Source: Dehalococcoidia bacterium
GTDB taxonomy: Bacteria; Chloroflexota; Dehalococcoidia; JAENJB01
NCBI GenBank assembly: GCA_016844565.1
Contig: JAENJB010000012.1
Span: 1 to 44,245 of the forward strand
Reading direction: 5' to 3'
Length of the DNA stretch: 44,245 nucleotides
Below the pieces are notes generated by a model. That model was not told the DNA's origin. It worked only from the letters and a program-made list of their open reading frames with translations, and did no database searches. Positions 18,629-27,667 of the stretch are shown here, one piece after another; position 1 is the first letter of the stretch; every line of letters begins with the position of its first letter. The position numbers and the translations under genes are program-made.

Positions 18629-19150
18629 TCATTTGTCGCCTCCTTCACGAAATTCACGCAGTTCTCTTTCAACCCGTTCCAGGTACTTCTCATCATCGGC
18701 GCTAGTCTCGGCAGGCGGACCAATGCCTTTGGATGAGAACTCCATTCCCCGTCCTTGCCTAACCCATTTCCTGATTGTCCTCCACATAAGGATCCCCCCA
18801 ACTACTATGGCCGCAAAAGGGATGACCCAGGCAGCTAGGTTGAAGCCTGACCTAACAGGTGCCGCCAACACTGCCTCTCCATATCGCTCTGCGAAGAACC
18901 GCAGAATCTCCTCTTTGGTCTCGCCCTGTTCCAGCTTCTCTCGAACCAGTCCTCTCATCTGCGCGGACAACTCGCTCTGGGACTGCGCGATGGTTTGCCC
19001 AGGGCATAATGGACACATCAGGCTGCGGTAAACTTCCTGAGCTTTCTCGTCCAACGATTGCGGCGGCTGTTTCACATAGGAACGATCAAGTGCAACCAAA
19101 AGAATGGCTAGCACCACGAGACTTGATAATAGAAAGCACAGCTTCTTCAT
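18629..19150 (-). CDS. CcmH/NrfF-family thiol-oxidoreductase-like membrane protein
   Basis: LMCPLCPGQTIAQSQSELSAQMRGLVREKLEQGETKEEILRFFAERYGEAVLAAP matches the CcmH signature (CxxC..Q.I..S....A..MR). Signal/TM at MKKLCFLLSSLVV, start chosen at ATG 19150. Confidence 0.8.
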   Translation of the reverse strand: MKKLCFLLSSLVVLAILLVALDRSYVKQPPQSLDEKAQEVYRSLMCPLCPGQTIAQSQSELSAQMRGLVREKLEQGETKEEILRFFAERYGEAVLAAPVRSGFNLAAWVIPFAAIVVGGILMWRTIRKWVRQGRGMEFSSKGIGPPAETSADDEKYLERVERELREFREGGDK

Positions 19151-19264
19151 TGTCTGGTCCACATGGAATGAAACACTGGCATTGGCCATAAGTTGAACAT
19201 CCAAAGGGTTATCACAGACGAGATGACAACCGGCCATTCTGCCAAAAGTCTGGCGGGGGTCACC

Positions 19265-19999
19265 TCAGTAGAAGAACCTATAATACAGCTTTTGTGCCGC
19301 CAGGTTAAGGAAAAAGAAACGGCTGCTGATGAACAACAGTCCCATCACCACCAGGACTCCACCGCCAAGAAAGTTAAAAATCCGGCGATGCCTCTGCACC
19401 CAGCGCAGGGCCCCCATAGCACGACCGAAAAAAGCACCCGTAAGGATAAAGGCCAGACCCAACCCCAGAGAATACACCAGCAAAAGCATGGTACCCTGGG
19501 TCACTGTCTCGGCCGTGCTGGCATAAAATAAGATAGACGCGAGAACGGTACCCACACAAGGGAGCCAGCCTAGACCGAACGCCATGCCTAGCGGAATCCC
19601 GCCCAACATACCCAGTCCTCGGGTCTCCGGATGAAAGCGTACCTCTCGCGCCAGCAACTTTACGGGTATTATGTCCATCTGGAGGATGCCAATTAGCACC
19701 ATCACACCACCGGCCATGAGGGTCAACTCTCGGCGGTAAGCCTCGACCAGCGACCCGAGCAAAGAGGCGGATGTCCCCAGACTCACAAATACCAGCGTGA
19801 AACCCAAAACGAACAGTGCCGACGATAGCAGGATGCGGCCAAGCTGAGATACACTCGGTTCTCCCAGGCTGTCAATGGATACACCTGACACATACGAAAG
19901 ATACCCGGGAATGAGTGGTACAACACAGGGTGACAAGAACGAGACAAGGCCTGCGATAAAGGCAAAGCCGAATCCTACAATTGGCACGAGGTCCGTCAT
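19265..19999 (-). CDS. ccdA: cytochrome c biogenesis/thiol-disulfide transporter CcdA (DsbD family)
   Basis: FLSPCVVPLIPGYLSYVSG and GWLPCVG motifs, six predicted TM segments. The ATG overlaps the upstream stop (ATGA). Confidence 0.88.
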   Translation of the reverse strand: MTDLVPIVGFGFAFIAGLVSFLSPCVVPLIPGYLSYVSGVSIDSLGEPSVSQLGRILLSSALFVLGFTLVFVSLGTSASLLGSLVEAYRRELTLMAGGVMVLIGILQMDIIPVKLLAREVRFHPETRGLGMLGGIPLGMAFGLGWLPCVGTVLASILFYASTAETVTQGTMLLLVYSLGLGLAFILTGAFFGRAMGALRWVQRHRRIFNFLGGGVLVVMGLLFISSRFFFLNLAAQKLYYRFFY

Positions 20000-20532
20000 T
20001 GCAGCAAGTCTTCTATCCTGGACACCAGAATGCTTTCGTTTATGGCACCCACCCAGCGGCTGACGATCATCCCTTGCCGGTTGACGAAGAAAGTGACCGG
20101 TATGCCTGATACCCCATAGTCAATGGTTATCTTGCCGCCGAGATCCGGGCCATTAGGATAAGTGATACCGAATTCTTTGATGTAGGCCCGGGCATCTGTT
20201 TCGGTATCCTGGATGTCCACTCCAATGAACGTCACATCCTTGTCCCGGTAACGCTGCCATACCTCCTCCAGAATGGGCGCCTCTTCTCGGCAAGGGGGGC
20301 ACCAGGAGGCCCAGAAGTTGATCACTACCGGCTTCCCTATCAAGCTGGAAAGAGTGATATTGCCTCCTCTGAACAACGGCAGCGTAAAGTCCGCGGCTGG
20401 ACGGTCTACTCTGGCAACGCCGCTAGCTCCGGTAAGCGGCTCTTTGCTGGCTAACCCGCTCCATAAGACCATTATGAATCCTACTACAGCGAGGATGACA
20501 ACACCAAGAACCAAAACTCGACGATGATTCAT
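19996..20532 (-). CDS. membrane-anchored TlpA/ResA-type thioredoxin
   Basis: N-terminal TM, then GKPVVINFWASWCPPCREEAP (WCxxC). ATG 20532 preferred; GTG 20541 is possible. Confidence 0.88.
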   Translation of the reverse strand: MNHRRVLVLGVVILAVVGFIMVLWSGLASKEPLTGASGVARVDRPAADFTLPLFRGGNITLSSLIGKPVVINFWASWCPPCREEAPILEEVWQRYRDKDVTFIGVDIQDTETDARAYIKEFGITYPNGPDLGGKITIDYGVSGIPVTFFVNRQGMIVSRWVGAINESILVSRIEDLLQ

Positions 20533-20645
20533 ATCGGCCACCAGTAGTTATGACGAGTCTACTACCTCATCCGGAGCTTGCGTCAACACTCCGCTGTTCA
20601 GATTTTTCGACTCCATTCTTGTCCCGGTATCCTTGACGGTCTACG

Positions 20646-21359
20646 TCATTTACTAACTATCTTTGCAATCTCAGTTATCAACTGATCGTTGCGAATCCCC
20701 ATATTCGGATCGTCAAAGACATATCTGGTGATTCCTCCCTTATCGATTATTACATAGGTGTGCCCGGGAAGTCGACCAGAATGCATAGAAGACGGAAGTG
20801 TTAACGTGCCAAATGCTCTTGAGACGGTTAAGCTCTCATCAAAAAGTACCGTGGCTTGGGCTAGTTCCGGCTCCTTATCGATTGCCTTTTGCCAGGCTTC
20901 TTTCGAATCGCCCACCACTGATAAAGCCACCGTGTCTGCGTTATTTAGACGCGCATCTATCGATAATGAAACCATCTGATTCCAGCAAGCCGGGAAACAG
21001 ATCAATCCTTCGTTAAAGAAGAGGACAACGTTCTTACCGAGTAAAGTGTCCGACGAGTAGACTTTTCCGTAGCGATCAGGTAGGGAGAATGAAGGGGCCT
21101 GTCTATTTACGAGGTCGTATAGAGAGGGGCGAGGAGGGCTGGCCGTCACATTTTTCCCAGGAGGATTGACTGCCGTATTGGCGGGAGTGGCTGTGCTGGC
21201 TGGAACGGAGGACTCCTTTTTCAACCCGAAGTAAGACAATCCGGCTACCACCACGATGACTGCGATAGCGATTACGATCGTTTTAGTGTTGTTTTTCCTC
21301 AGGGGACGCTTCAGTTTTCTCTTTTTAGGATTCCCCTTGTTCGGGATGTTCTTCTTCAT
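20646..21359 (-). CDS. membrane-anchored thioredoxin-fold protein with a CxxxC motif (redoxin/SCO1-SenC-like)
   Basis: Basic N-terminus and TM, then GKNVVLFFNEGLICFPACWNQ (CxxxC) and a distal PGHTYVIIDKGG. This spacing resembles Sco-type copper-binding proteins as much as peroxiredoxins. Confidence 0.6.
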   Translation of the reverse strand: MKKNIPNKGNPKKRKLKRPLRKNNTKTIVIAIAVIVVVAGLSYFGLKKESSVPASTATPANTAVNPPGKNVTASPPRPSLYDLVNRQAPSFSLPDRYGKVYSSDTLLGKNVVLFFNEGLICFPACWNQMVSLSIDARLNNADTVALSVVGDSKEAWQKAIDKEPELAQATVLFDESLTVSRAFGTLTLPSSMHSGRLPGHTYVIIDKGGITRYVFDDPNMGIRNDQLITEIAKIVSK

Positions 21360-22218
21360 GTCTTTCTTTCCGAAACCTATTTATCGACAACGTGATAACG
21401 AAGCCGATTGCCGTGAGGAGCAGTACTGCCCAGACATACTCAGGAACTAGCCTTACGAAGCCACCTATGGAATCCAAGACCTTGGTCAGGAGAATATTAA
21501 TAGTAGTCTGATAATCTGAGTGGACAAAAAGCCGGTTGGTCAGCGCCAAGTACATAATCAGCATTCCCATGACTAGAAAAGTGACTCCAGAAATTGCCTC
21601 AGAAACGATAATGCCGAACTTCTTTCCACCTATTGAGTACTCGATCGGTTTTTTGAAAGTCTTGTTCAGTCTTTGAGTGAAATCGATTCTATCCAGGACT
21701 AGAGAAAGTATGAATAATGGAGTGACCATCCCGAGAACGTAGCTCAAAGTGTATATTCCGCCCCATATCACTGAGCCGGGAAGAGCCGCTAAGGCCAAGA
21801 CACCGGCCAGCACTGGCGCGCAGCAGGTCGTCGCTATCCCTGAGAAGATGCCGAGGGTGAGAACTGAAAAGGCATTATGGTTCTTCAAAGAAGGATTTAC
21901 TCTGAAAGGAAGAGAGAAATGCCTGCCAGTGATGAGAACAAGGCCCATCAGAATTAGAAAGCCCCCCCCAATTTCGAAAATAGTATTGTGATACCTGTTG
22001 AATACTTGGCCAAGTACGGCAGCTCCCAGTCCTATCGGAAGAAATACTAGTAGTATTCCTACAAAGAATACAAAGGTCATGAGGAATACCCTGTATCGTT
22101 CTCTAAAGATAGAGGCGAAATACGCCGGCAAAAGAACGGTGATACAGCAAGGGGCAAAGAGAGCTGCTACCCCTGCGATGAATGCCGCTATGAGCGATGC
22201 GCTTAGTAATAATTCCAT
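21325..22218 (-). CDS. DsbD_2/CcdA-like integral membrane protein with paired-Cys motifs
   Basis: LFAPCCITVLLPAY and ATTCCAPVLAGV motifs, and about 8 hydrophobic segments. Its 3' end overlaps the next gene by 35 nt. Confidence 0.75.
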   Translation of the reverse strand: MELLLSASLIAAFIAGVAALFAPCCITVLLPAYFASIFRERYRVFLMTFVFFVGILLVFLPIGLGAAVLGQVFNRYHNTIFEIGGGFLILMGLVLITGRHFSLPFRVNPSLKNHNAFSVLTLGIFSGIATTCCAPVLAGVLALAALPGSVIWGGIYTLSYVLGMVTPLFILSLVLDRIDFTQRLNKTFKKPIEYSIGGKKFGIIVSEAISGVTFLVMGMLIMYLALTNRLFVHSDYQTTINILLTKVLDSIGGFVRLVPEYVWAVLLLTAIGFVITLSINRFRKERHEEEHPEQGES

Positions 22219-22413
22219 AAGTGACTATCTTGTCGGCCCGAACACCAGTGCGGGAATCAAGCTCATGCCCATGGTTTCGCCAACATATAGCATACTGGCT
22301 TTTGGTACGGGTGTCCTTACAGGTTGATTAGAGGAGGCTTAGAATCTGATTAGATTGATACCGTAGGCCTATTCCATTGGGTTCCTCCTCTTTCACAACG
22401 CCCGGTCCGAGTA

Positions 22414-22506
22414 TTAGGATGTGCAAAGCAGGATACAGGGAAAGCCGCAGGTGTTCATAACCGGATCCGGATATGTGCCAAGCCCATGCTGTTGACCTGT
22501 TGGCAT
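22414..22506 (-). CDS. unannotated 30-aa Cys-rich small ORF (MPTGQQHGLGTYPDPVMNTCGFPCILLCTS)
   Basis: Hand-translated. The ATG follows the TAG of the SagB-like gene directly (TAGATG). It is too short for the ORF track and has no strong RBS. Confidence 0.3.
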   Translation of the reverse strand: MPTGQQHGLGTYPDPVMNTCGFPCILLCTS

Positions 22507-23271
22507 CTATCGCGGCCTGCCAACAGCAGCTGCATAAATAGCAAACTCATCATCTCCATCTACTCCTAAGACCTGGTCCATTTGCTCTTGATCATAAGCT
22601 GCAACCGCACATGTTCCTGCACCTATAGCTTCACATGCCAAATACAGGTTTTGACAGACATGTCCGGCATCAAGAAGAATCACCCTGTGCGCTGCCAGCC
22701 CATATCGCCATTCCATGCGGTATGGGATTGCCGCCCATATGAACACCACAGCGGCATCAGCCATCCAGTTTTGGTGAAAGGTAGCTCTAGTGATTTTCTG
22801 CCCTGCAAGGCTATCCAATCTCTCTACTATGATGCTATGGCTCACTGGCAGGTACCGATAGAAACCTGCACCAAGGTTTTCCACGTTTAATACGGCGAGA
22901 TAAGTCTCAAGCGCATGTCTTGCACCGGCAGAAGGAACAGTTCTCAATGCATGGCCATAATCTATTGGCTGCCTTATACCCTGTGTTGCCCAGAGCAGAA
23001 ACGAGAGTTCAGCTGAAGATATTGATTCTCTCTTGAATTGTCGCCGGCTTTGTCGATTGTTGATGGCGGATTGCAGGGTAATTGTATACAGATCTGCCAA
23101 ATCAGAAGGTGGAATCATAGGGATCACCTTCTTGTCGTTCTGATATGGTTTTTCAATAGTGGGAGGGGGCAGACCCAGATTCTGATCGGTCCTTGAGAAA
23201 TTAACGGTTTTGCGTATGCTGTCCTTCAGAAAGTAGCGATGCTGGGCAAACTTGGATTCCTGCATTTTCAA
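22507..23271 (-). CDS. SagB/ThcOx-type nitroreductase-superfamily dehydrogenase
   Basis: RQSRRQF...LRTVPSAGARHALETYL...ILLDAGHVCQNLYLACEAIGAGTCAVAAYD are typical SagB-type FMN dehydrogenase blocks. Confidence 0.8.
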   Translation of the reverse strand: MKMQESKFAQHRYFLKDSIRKTVNFSRTDQNLGLPPPTIEKPYQNDKKVIPMIPPSDLADLYTITLQSAINNRQSRRQFKRESISSAELSFLLWATQGIRQPIDYGHALRTVPSAGARHALETYLAVLNVENLGAGFYRYLPVSHSIIVERLDSLAGQKITRATFHQNWMADAAVVFIWAAIPYRMEWRYGLAAHRVILLDAGHVCQNLYLACEAIGAGTCAVAAYDQEQMDQVLGVDGDDEFAIYAAAVGRPR

Positions 23272-23358
23272 TGGTCCTTAATTATCATATATTTTACGGA
23301 GTCGCGATCCTGGTTATCATAAATATCGCTGTTTACTATCTTTGTTGGGCTTCATAAA

Positions 23359-23367
23359 TCATACCAC
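23359..23367 (-). promoter_or_regulatory. candidate extended -10 promoter (TGGTATGAT) for the SagB-like gene block
   Basis: The reverse complement reads TGGTATGAT, about 85 nt upstream of ATG 23271, in a 380-nt AT-rich gap. Confidence 0.3.
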
Positions 23368-23654
23368 ATTCTACATCTATTTTATGGGTATCGGACTCAT
23401 AGCCAACCTCATTGAGAGCTTATCTTGAGAGCCGGATGTCAACAGCCCTCCTACGTGCTCAATTGAACATTAGGTTGATTTGTATGATGGGCAAGAAGTG
23501 CTCAGGGAGCAAGGCTGAAGGTTAGACTGAAGGTTCTGTCTATTGGACGTTGTGGCCTACCACTGATTGTTCACCAGAGTACTGCTCGATAAGCGTCTTG
23601 CCAGCCGTCCCTCCGGCACTAACTCGTGGACGTTCCAGGACTATGGGTAGTGCC

Positions 23655-24551
23655 TCATGATAGGAGAAGGAACGAGCCTGCGACCACGATGACAGTGCTG
23701 AAAATGACCGACTTGGAGAAGACCTCCAGCTTGCGGTTGAAGATGTAGGATAGCCCCACGATCATTATCGGGTTGACGTCGAAGAGGGGAGAGATGACGC
23801 TGATCGGCGCCATGCTCAGGGCGAAAAAACGGGCCAGTTGGGCGAAGACCACCAGGAGGCCGGCGATGGTGAACCACCAGAAGGTACGGCTGTCCATGGT
23901 GACCAGCAGCTCCCTCTTATCTCCTCTGGCATGCAAGAAAGCATAGACGGCAGCCGCACCAACGAATGAAATAAACGCCGCGGCTATGGGGGAGGAGAGG
24001 CCGCTGTAGGCCATTTTGATCATCATCGGGCTTATGCCGTAGCACACCCCGGCCCCGACTCCCGTCAGGATGCCTTTCAGGCTCATGTTGCCGAAAGAGG
24101 TCTTGCTCTTCCCGGTTTGCCAGGGATTCCAGCCAACCAGCACCACACCGGCCACTATGAGCAAAATGCCCGCCAGCGCCTTCCCGGTCAGGACTTCTCC
24201 CAGAACGAACACCCCCAGGCCGACGGCCACCAGAGGCGAACTCCGCCGTAAGACGCCGGAGATATTCGCGCCTACCAGCTTGACGCTGACGAAGTTGAGG
24301 CTCCGTCCCGTGTACTGATGAATTATCCCGGCTCCCAGCAACCACAGGTAGCCGTGCCAGGGAAAGCGGAAGATGTCACCGACGTTCCCCGTGACAACAA
24401 GGGCAAGAAAGAGCACCGGCAGGGAAATGAAGACGCTCACGGCGGCGCCGGCGGAGGTGTCCTTCACTCGAAGGACTGCACGGCGTGAAGCCAGGTTGTT
24501 CAGGGCGAAGAAGAACGACCCCAGCAGAGCCAGAAGCGGTCCGAGCGACAT
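23655..24551 (-). CDS. EamA/DMT-family transporter
   Basis: About 10 hydrophobic segments arranged as two repeated EamA-like halves; 298 aa. Confidence 0.75.
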   Translation of the reverse strand: MSLGPLLALLGSFFFALNNLASRRAVLRVKDTSAGAAVSVFISLPVLFLALVVTGNVGDIFRFPWHGYLWLLGAGIIHQYTGRSLNFVSVKLVGANISGVLRRSSPLVAVGLGVFVLGEVLTGKALAGILLIVAGVVLVGWNPWQTGKSKTSFGNMSLKGILTGVGAGVCYGISPMMIKMAYSGLSSPIAAAFISFVGAAAVYAFLHARGDKRELLVTMDSRTFWWFTIAGLLVVFAQLARFFALSMAPISVISPLFDVNPIMIVGLSYIFNRKLEVFSKSVIFSTVIVVAGSFLLLS

Positions 24552-24592
24552 AGGAAGGGACTATATAGGGACTGGCGCCACCTGTCAACAGG

Positions 24593-25705
24593 CTACTCGC
24601 TCAGGACTTCCGCAAAGATCGGGTTTGAGGTGAGTACCCTGGACGGCGGCAGCACATATCTCGCCCCATCGGAGACGAGCATCCCCTGCGAGGTCATGCG
24701 CTCCAGCCGGCCAATCAAAGCTCCAACATTGTCGCGCCCGAACCTCGCTGTCAGCTCACCGATCCCCACGCCTTCCTTGAGCAAGCGAAGGCGCAGCATG
24801 GCCTCTTCACAAGCCTTGTCTCTCGCGTTGAGTTGCTCGATCTCCTCCGCCAGGTCGGTGGGGTCATCGAGGTAGGCGTCCAGGTCAGCGCGGTTCCTGA
24901 ACCGTTTCCCGCTGATATGCGAGGCCGCCGCTGGCCCGAGGCCGACATACTCGCCGTTGCGCCAGTAGTTCAGATTGTGCAGGCACTCGCGTCCCTCTAC
25001 GGCGAAGTTGGATATCTCGTAGTGGACGAGCCCGCGCCCGGCCAGAAAAGCGCTCGCCTGCTCAAACAACACCGCCTGCTCATCATCGGACGGCAGCTCC
25101 GATGGCGGGCTCTTCGCCAGGGGAGTACCCTCCTCCAGAGACAGACAGTAAACCGAGAGATGCTCGATGCCGGTGCGAAGCAGCGCTTCCATTGACTGGC
25201 GGAGCGACAACCATGTCTGCCCGGGAAGCCCGACAATCAGGTCGGCGGAGACGGCTCCGAAGCCGAGCGTCACGGCAAGTCCTACGGCTTCAACCGCCTG
25301 GGCCGCCGTGTGAATCCTCCCGGCGCTCTTGAGTTCGCAGTCCGAAAGCGACTGGACGCCGATGGATGCCCGATTCATCCCGGCCTCCCTGGCGGCCTCA
25401 AGCAGCTCGCGGGTCGCCGATTCGGGGTTCACCTCCATTGTAGCCTCAGCCAGCCCCGAAAGATCCAGCGCCTTTCTCAGACCGTCGATGAGGGTCTTGA
25501 GGCGACCGGCGCCAAGCAGGCTCGGCGTTCCTCCCCCCAGATACACGGTCTGGAAGGACAGCCGGCCATATTGATAAGCTTCGCGAATGACCGCCTGAAC
25601 GTAGGATTCGGCGCACTCCAGACGCGCCGGCAGGGAATAGAAGTCGCAATAGCCGCATTTCTTGACACAGAACGGAATATGGACATACAGGCCCCTCACC
25701 GTCAC
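24593..25705 (-). CDS. hemW: radical SAM heme chaperone HemW (HemN-like, oxygen-independent coproporphyrinogen oxidase family)
   Basis: LYVHIPFCVKKCGYCDF (CxxxCxxC) and GGGTPS. The GTG start overlaps the lepA TGA (GTGA), and the lepA-hemW pairing is the usual one. Confidence 0.88.
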   Translation of the reverse strand: MTVRGLYVHIPFCVKKCGYCDFYSLPARLECAESYVQAVIREAYQYGRLSFQTVYLGGGTPSLLGAGRLKTLIDGLRKALDLSGLAEATMEVNPESATRELLEAAREAGMNRASIGVQSLSDCELKSAGRIHTAAQAVEAVGLAVTLGFGAVSADLIVGLPGQTWLSLRQSMEALLRTGIEHLSVYCLSLEEGTPLAKSPPSELPSDDEQAVLFEQASAFLAGRGLVHYEISNFAVEGRECLHNLNYWRNGEYVGLGPAAASHISGKRFRNRADLDAYLDDPTDLAEEIEQLNARDKACEEAMLRLRLLKEGVGIGELTARFGRDNVGALIGRLERMTSQGMLVSDGARYVLPPSRVLTSNPIFAEVLSE

Positions 25706-27492
25706 TCCTCCAGTTTCTGGAGCAACAGGAACGCCTCCTGCGGGACTTCCACCGAGCCCACCATCTTCATCCGCTTCTTGCCTTCCTTCTGCTTCTCTAG
25801 GAGCTTCTTCTTGCGGGTGATATCCCCGCCGTAGCATTTGGCGATGACATCCTTCCTTATCGGAGCAATATCTTCCCTGACCACCACCCTACCCCCGATG
25901 GCGGCCTGCAACGGTATCTCGAAGAGGTGTCTGGGAATCAGCTTCCTGAGTTTGTGTACGAGTACTCTGGCTTTGGGAACCGCGCCATCTCGTATCGAGA
26001 TGAATGACAGGGCGTCAACCTGATTGTCCTTGACCAGAATATCCACCTTAACGAGGTCGCCGCGGCGGTAGCCGGCGACCTCGTAGTCCATGCTGGCATA
26101 CCCTCGAGTGACACTCTTCAGCTTGTCGTAGTACCCGGTCACCATTTCGGCAAAGGGGAAATCGTAGGTGAGAAGGACACGCCTTCTATCCGGATGTTCC
26201 ATGCCTATGAGGGTGCCGCGCTTAGCATCCGACAGCTCCATGCAGGGCCCTATCAGCTCACTCGGAACAATGATTCGGGCGCGGATCAATGGCTCTTCAA
26301 CGTGGTCGATATTCTGAACAGCGGGGAATTTGGAGGGATTGTCTATCATCATGACTTCGCCCTGCGTAGTAAACACCTTGTAGACCACTGAAGGCATCGT
26401 GGCAACAAGCTCCTGCCCGTATTCCCGCTTCAATCTCTCAAGGGTGATTTCCATGTGCAACATGCCCAGGAACCCCAGTCGGTAACCATGGCCCAACGCC
26501 GCGGAAGTCTCCTTTTCATACACGATAGAAGAATCATTGAGCTGGAACTTTTCAAGGGCCGTTTTAAGTTTGCCGTACTCGTTGGTGCTGATGGGATAAA
26601 CGCCGCAGAACACCATCGGTTGCGACCTTCTGAATCCCGGTATCTCGGGGGTCTCAGGATGGTCCGGCGATATGATAGTATCACCGACGCGGACATCGCC
26701 GATGTCCTTCACCGTGGCACCGACGTAGCCGACTTCGCCGGCCACCAGCTTCTCGCAAGGCGTGGCTTGCGGCAGGAAATAGCCTACTTCGACCACGTCG
26801 AAGACCTTCGACGTGGACTTGACCATGAACTTATCGCCGGGACGCAGGCTGCCGGAGAAGAGCCGGATGTGTGGTATGACCCCGCGGTAGCTGTCATAGT
26901 ACGAGTCGAAGATAAGGCACTTCAGCGGCTCGTCCGCGCTGCCCGTGGGTGGAGGGACTCTTGCAACAATCGCCTCCAGCAGTTCGGGAACGCCGGTCCC
27001 GTCTTTGGCGGAGATCAGCAGCGCGTCTTCTCCTGGCAGACCCAGCATATCATCCAGTTGCAGCAGACAATCGTCGATCATGGCACCGGCCAGATCAATC
27101 TTGTTGATGACCGGTATGATCTCAAGACCGGCATCGATGGCCAAATAGGCATTGGCGATGGTCTGCGCTTCCACCCCCTGTGAAGCGTCAACCAGGAGAA
27201 CGGCACCTTCGCAAGCCCTAAGGCTTCTCGACACTTCGTAGTTGAAGTCCACATGCCCCGGCGTATCAATAAGGTTCAGCAGGTACTTCTCGCCACTTCC
27301 CGATTGATAGGGCATCCTCACCGACTTGGCCTTGATGGTGATACCGCGCTCGCGCTCCAGATCCATACTATCCAGGACCTGCTCATTGGAGAGAGTATGG
27401 ATTGTCCCGGTCAGCTCAAGTATCCGGTCGGCAAGGGTTGACTTGCCGTGGTCGATGTGCGCGATGATACAGAAATTCCTTACGTTATCCAT
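25702..27492 (-). CDS. lepA: translation elongation factor 4 (LepA)
   Basis: IRNFCIIAHIDHGKSTLADR, DTPGHVDF, NKIDL and the LepA-specific C-terminal domain; 596 aa. Confidence 0.95.
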   Translation of the reverse strand: MDNVRNFCIIAHIDHGKSTLADRILELTGTIHTLSNEQVLDSMDLERERGITIKAKSVRMPYQSGSGEKYLLNLIDTPGHVDFNYEVSRSLRACEGAVLLVDASQGVEAQTIANAYLAIDAGLEIIPVINKIDLAGAMIDDCLLQLDDMLGLPGEDALLISAKDGTGVPELLEAIVARVPPPTGSADEPLKCLIFDSYYDSYRGVIPHIRLFSGSLRPGDKFMVKSTSKVFDVVEVGYFLPQATPCEKLVAGEVGYVGATVKDIGDVRVGDTIISPDHPETPEIPGFRRSQPMVFCGVYPISTNEYGKLKTALEKFQLNDSSIVYEKETSAALGHGYRLGFLGMLHMEITLERLKREYGQELVATMPSVVYKVFTTQGEVMMIDNPSKFPAVQNIDHVEEPLIRARIIVPSELIGPCMELSDAKRGTLIGMEHPDRRRVLLTYDFPFAEMVTGYYDKLKSVTRGYASMDYEVAGYRRGDLVKVDILVKDNQVDALSFISIRDGAVPKARVLVHKLRKLIPRHLFEIPLQAAIGGRVVVREDIAPIRKDVIAKCYGGDITRKKKLLEKQKEGKKRMKMVGSVEVPQEAFLLLQKLEE

Positions 27493-27511
27493 TTCACTGG
27501 GCGACCGTCGC

Positions 27512-27541
27512 TTGAAACCAGATGCGAATTGTGGCTATAGT
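27512..27541 (+). promoter_or_regulatory. candidate promoter (TTGAAA-N18-TATAGT) for the methyltransferase gene
   Basis: The hexamers lie in the lepA/methyltransferase divergent gap. Confidence 0.35.
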
Positions 27542-27667
27542 ACAGCTACCAAACGAAAGAAGTGGCCGGACATAAAAGTATACCATAAAATGGCTGGCGA
27601 GAGATTTCATGGGGATGAGAGCGCCTAACAATCCCAGACAATGCCTTTTCAGGTGGAGGTAGCCTGG

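Noticed and set aside
18312-19031. A 239-aa plus-strand ORF spanning the gap upstream of the response regulator and the CcmH-like gene.
   Set aside because: It overlaps the well-supported minus-strand CcmH-like CDS. Its translation is S/R/P-rich, low in complexity and without motifs.
22225-22293. A 22-aa ORF (MLYVGETMGMSLIPALVFGPTR) ending 6 nt upstream of the DsbD_2 gene.
   Set aside because: It has no RBS and no distinctive composition. It is short enough to be chance, so it is noted but not called.
23272-23654. Search for a second copy of the tRNA-Val 3' end (attR) and for small ORFs in the AT-rich gap at the right edge of the low-GC block.
   Set aside because: No match to ggttcaagtcctgtaccgccc was seen by eye. 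Only 12-14 codon ORFs without an RBS are present. The island boundary therefore remains compositional only.
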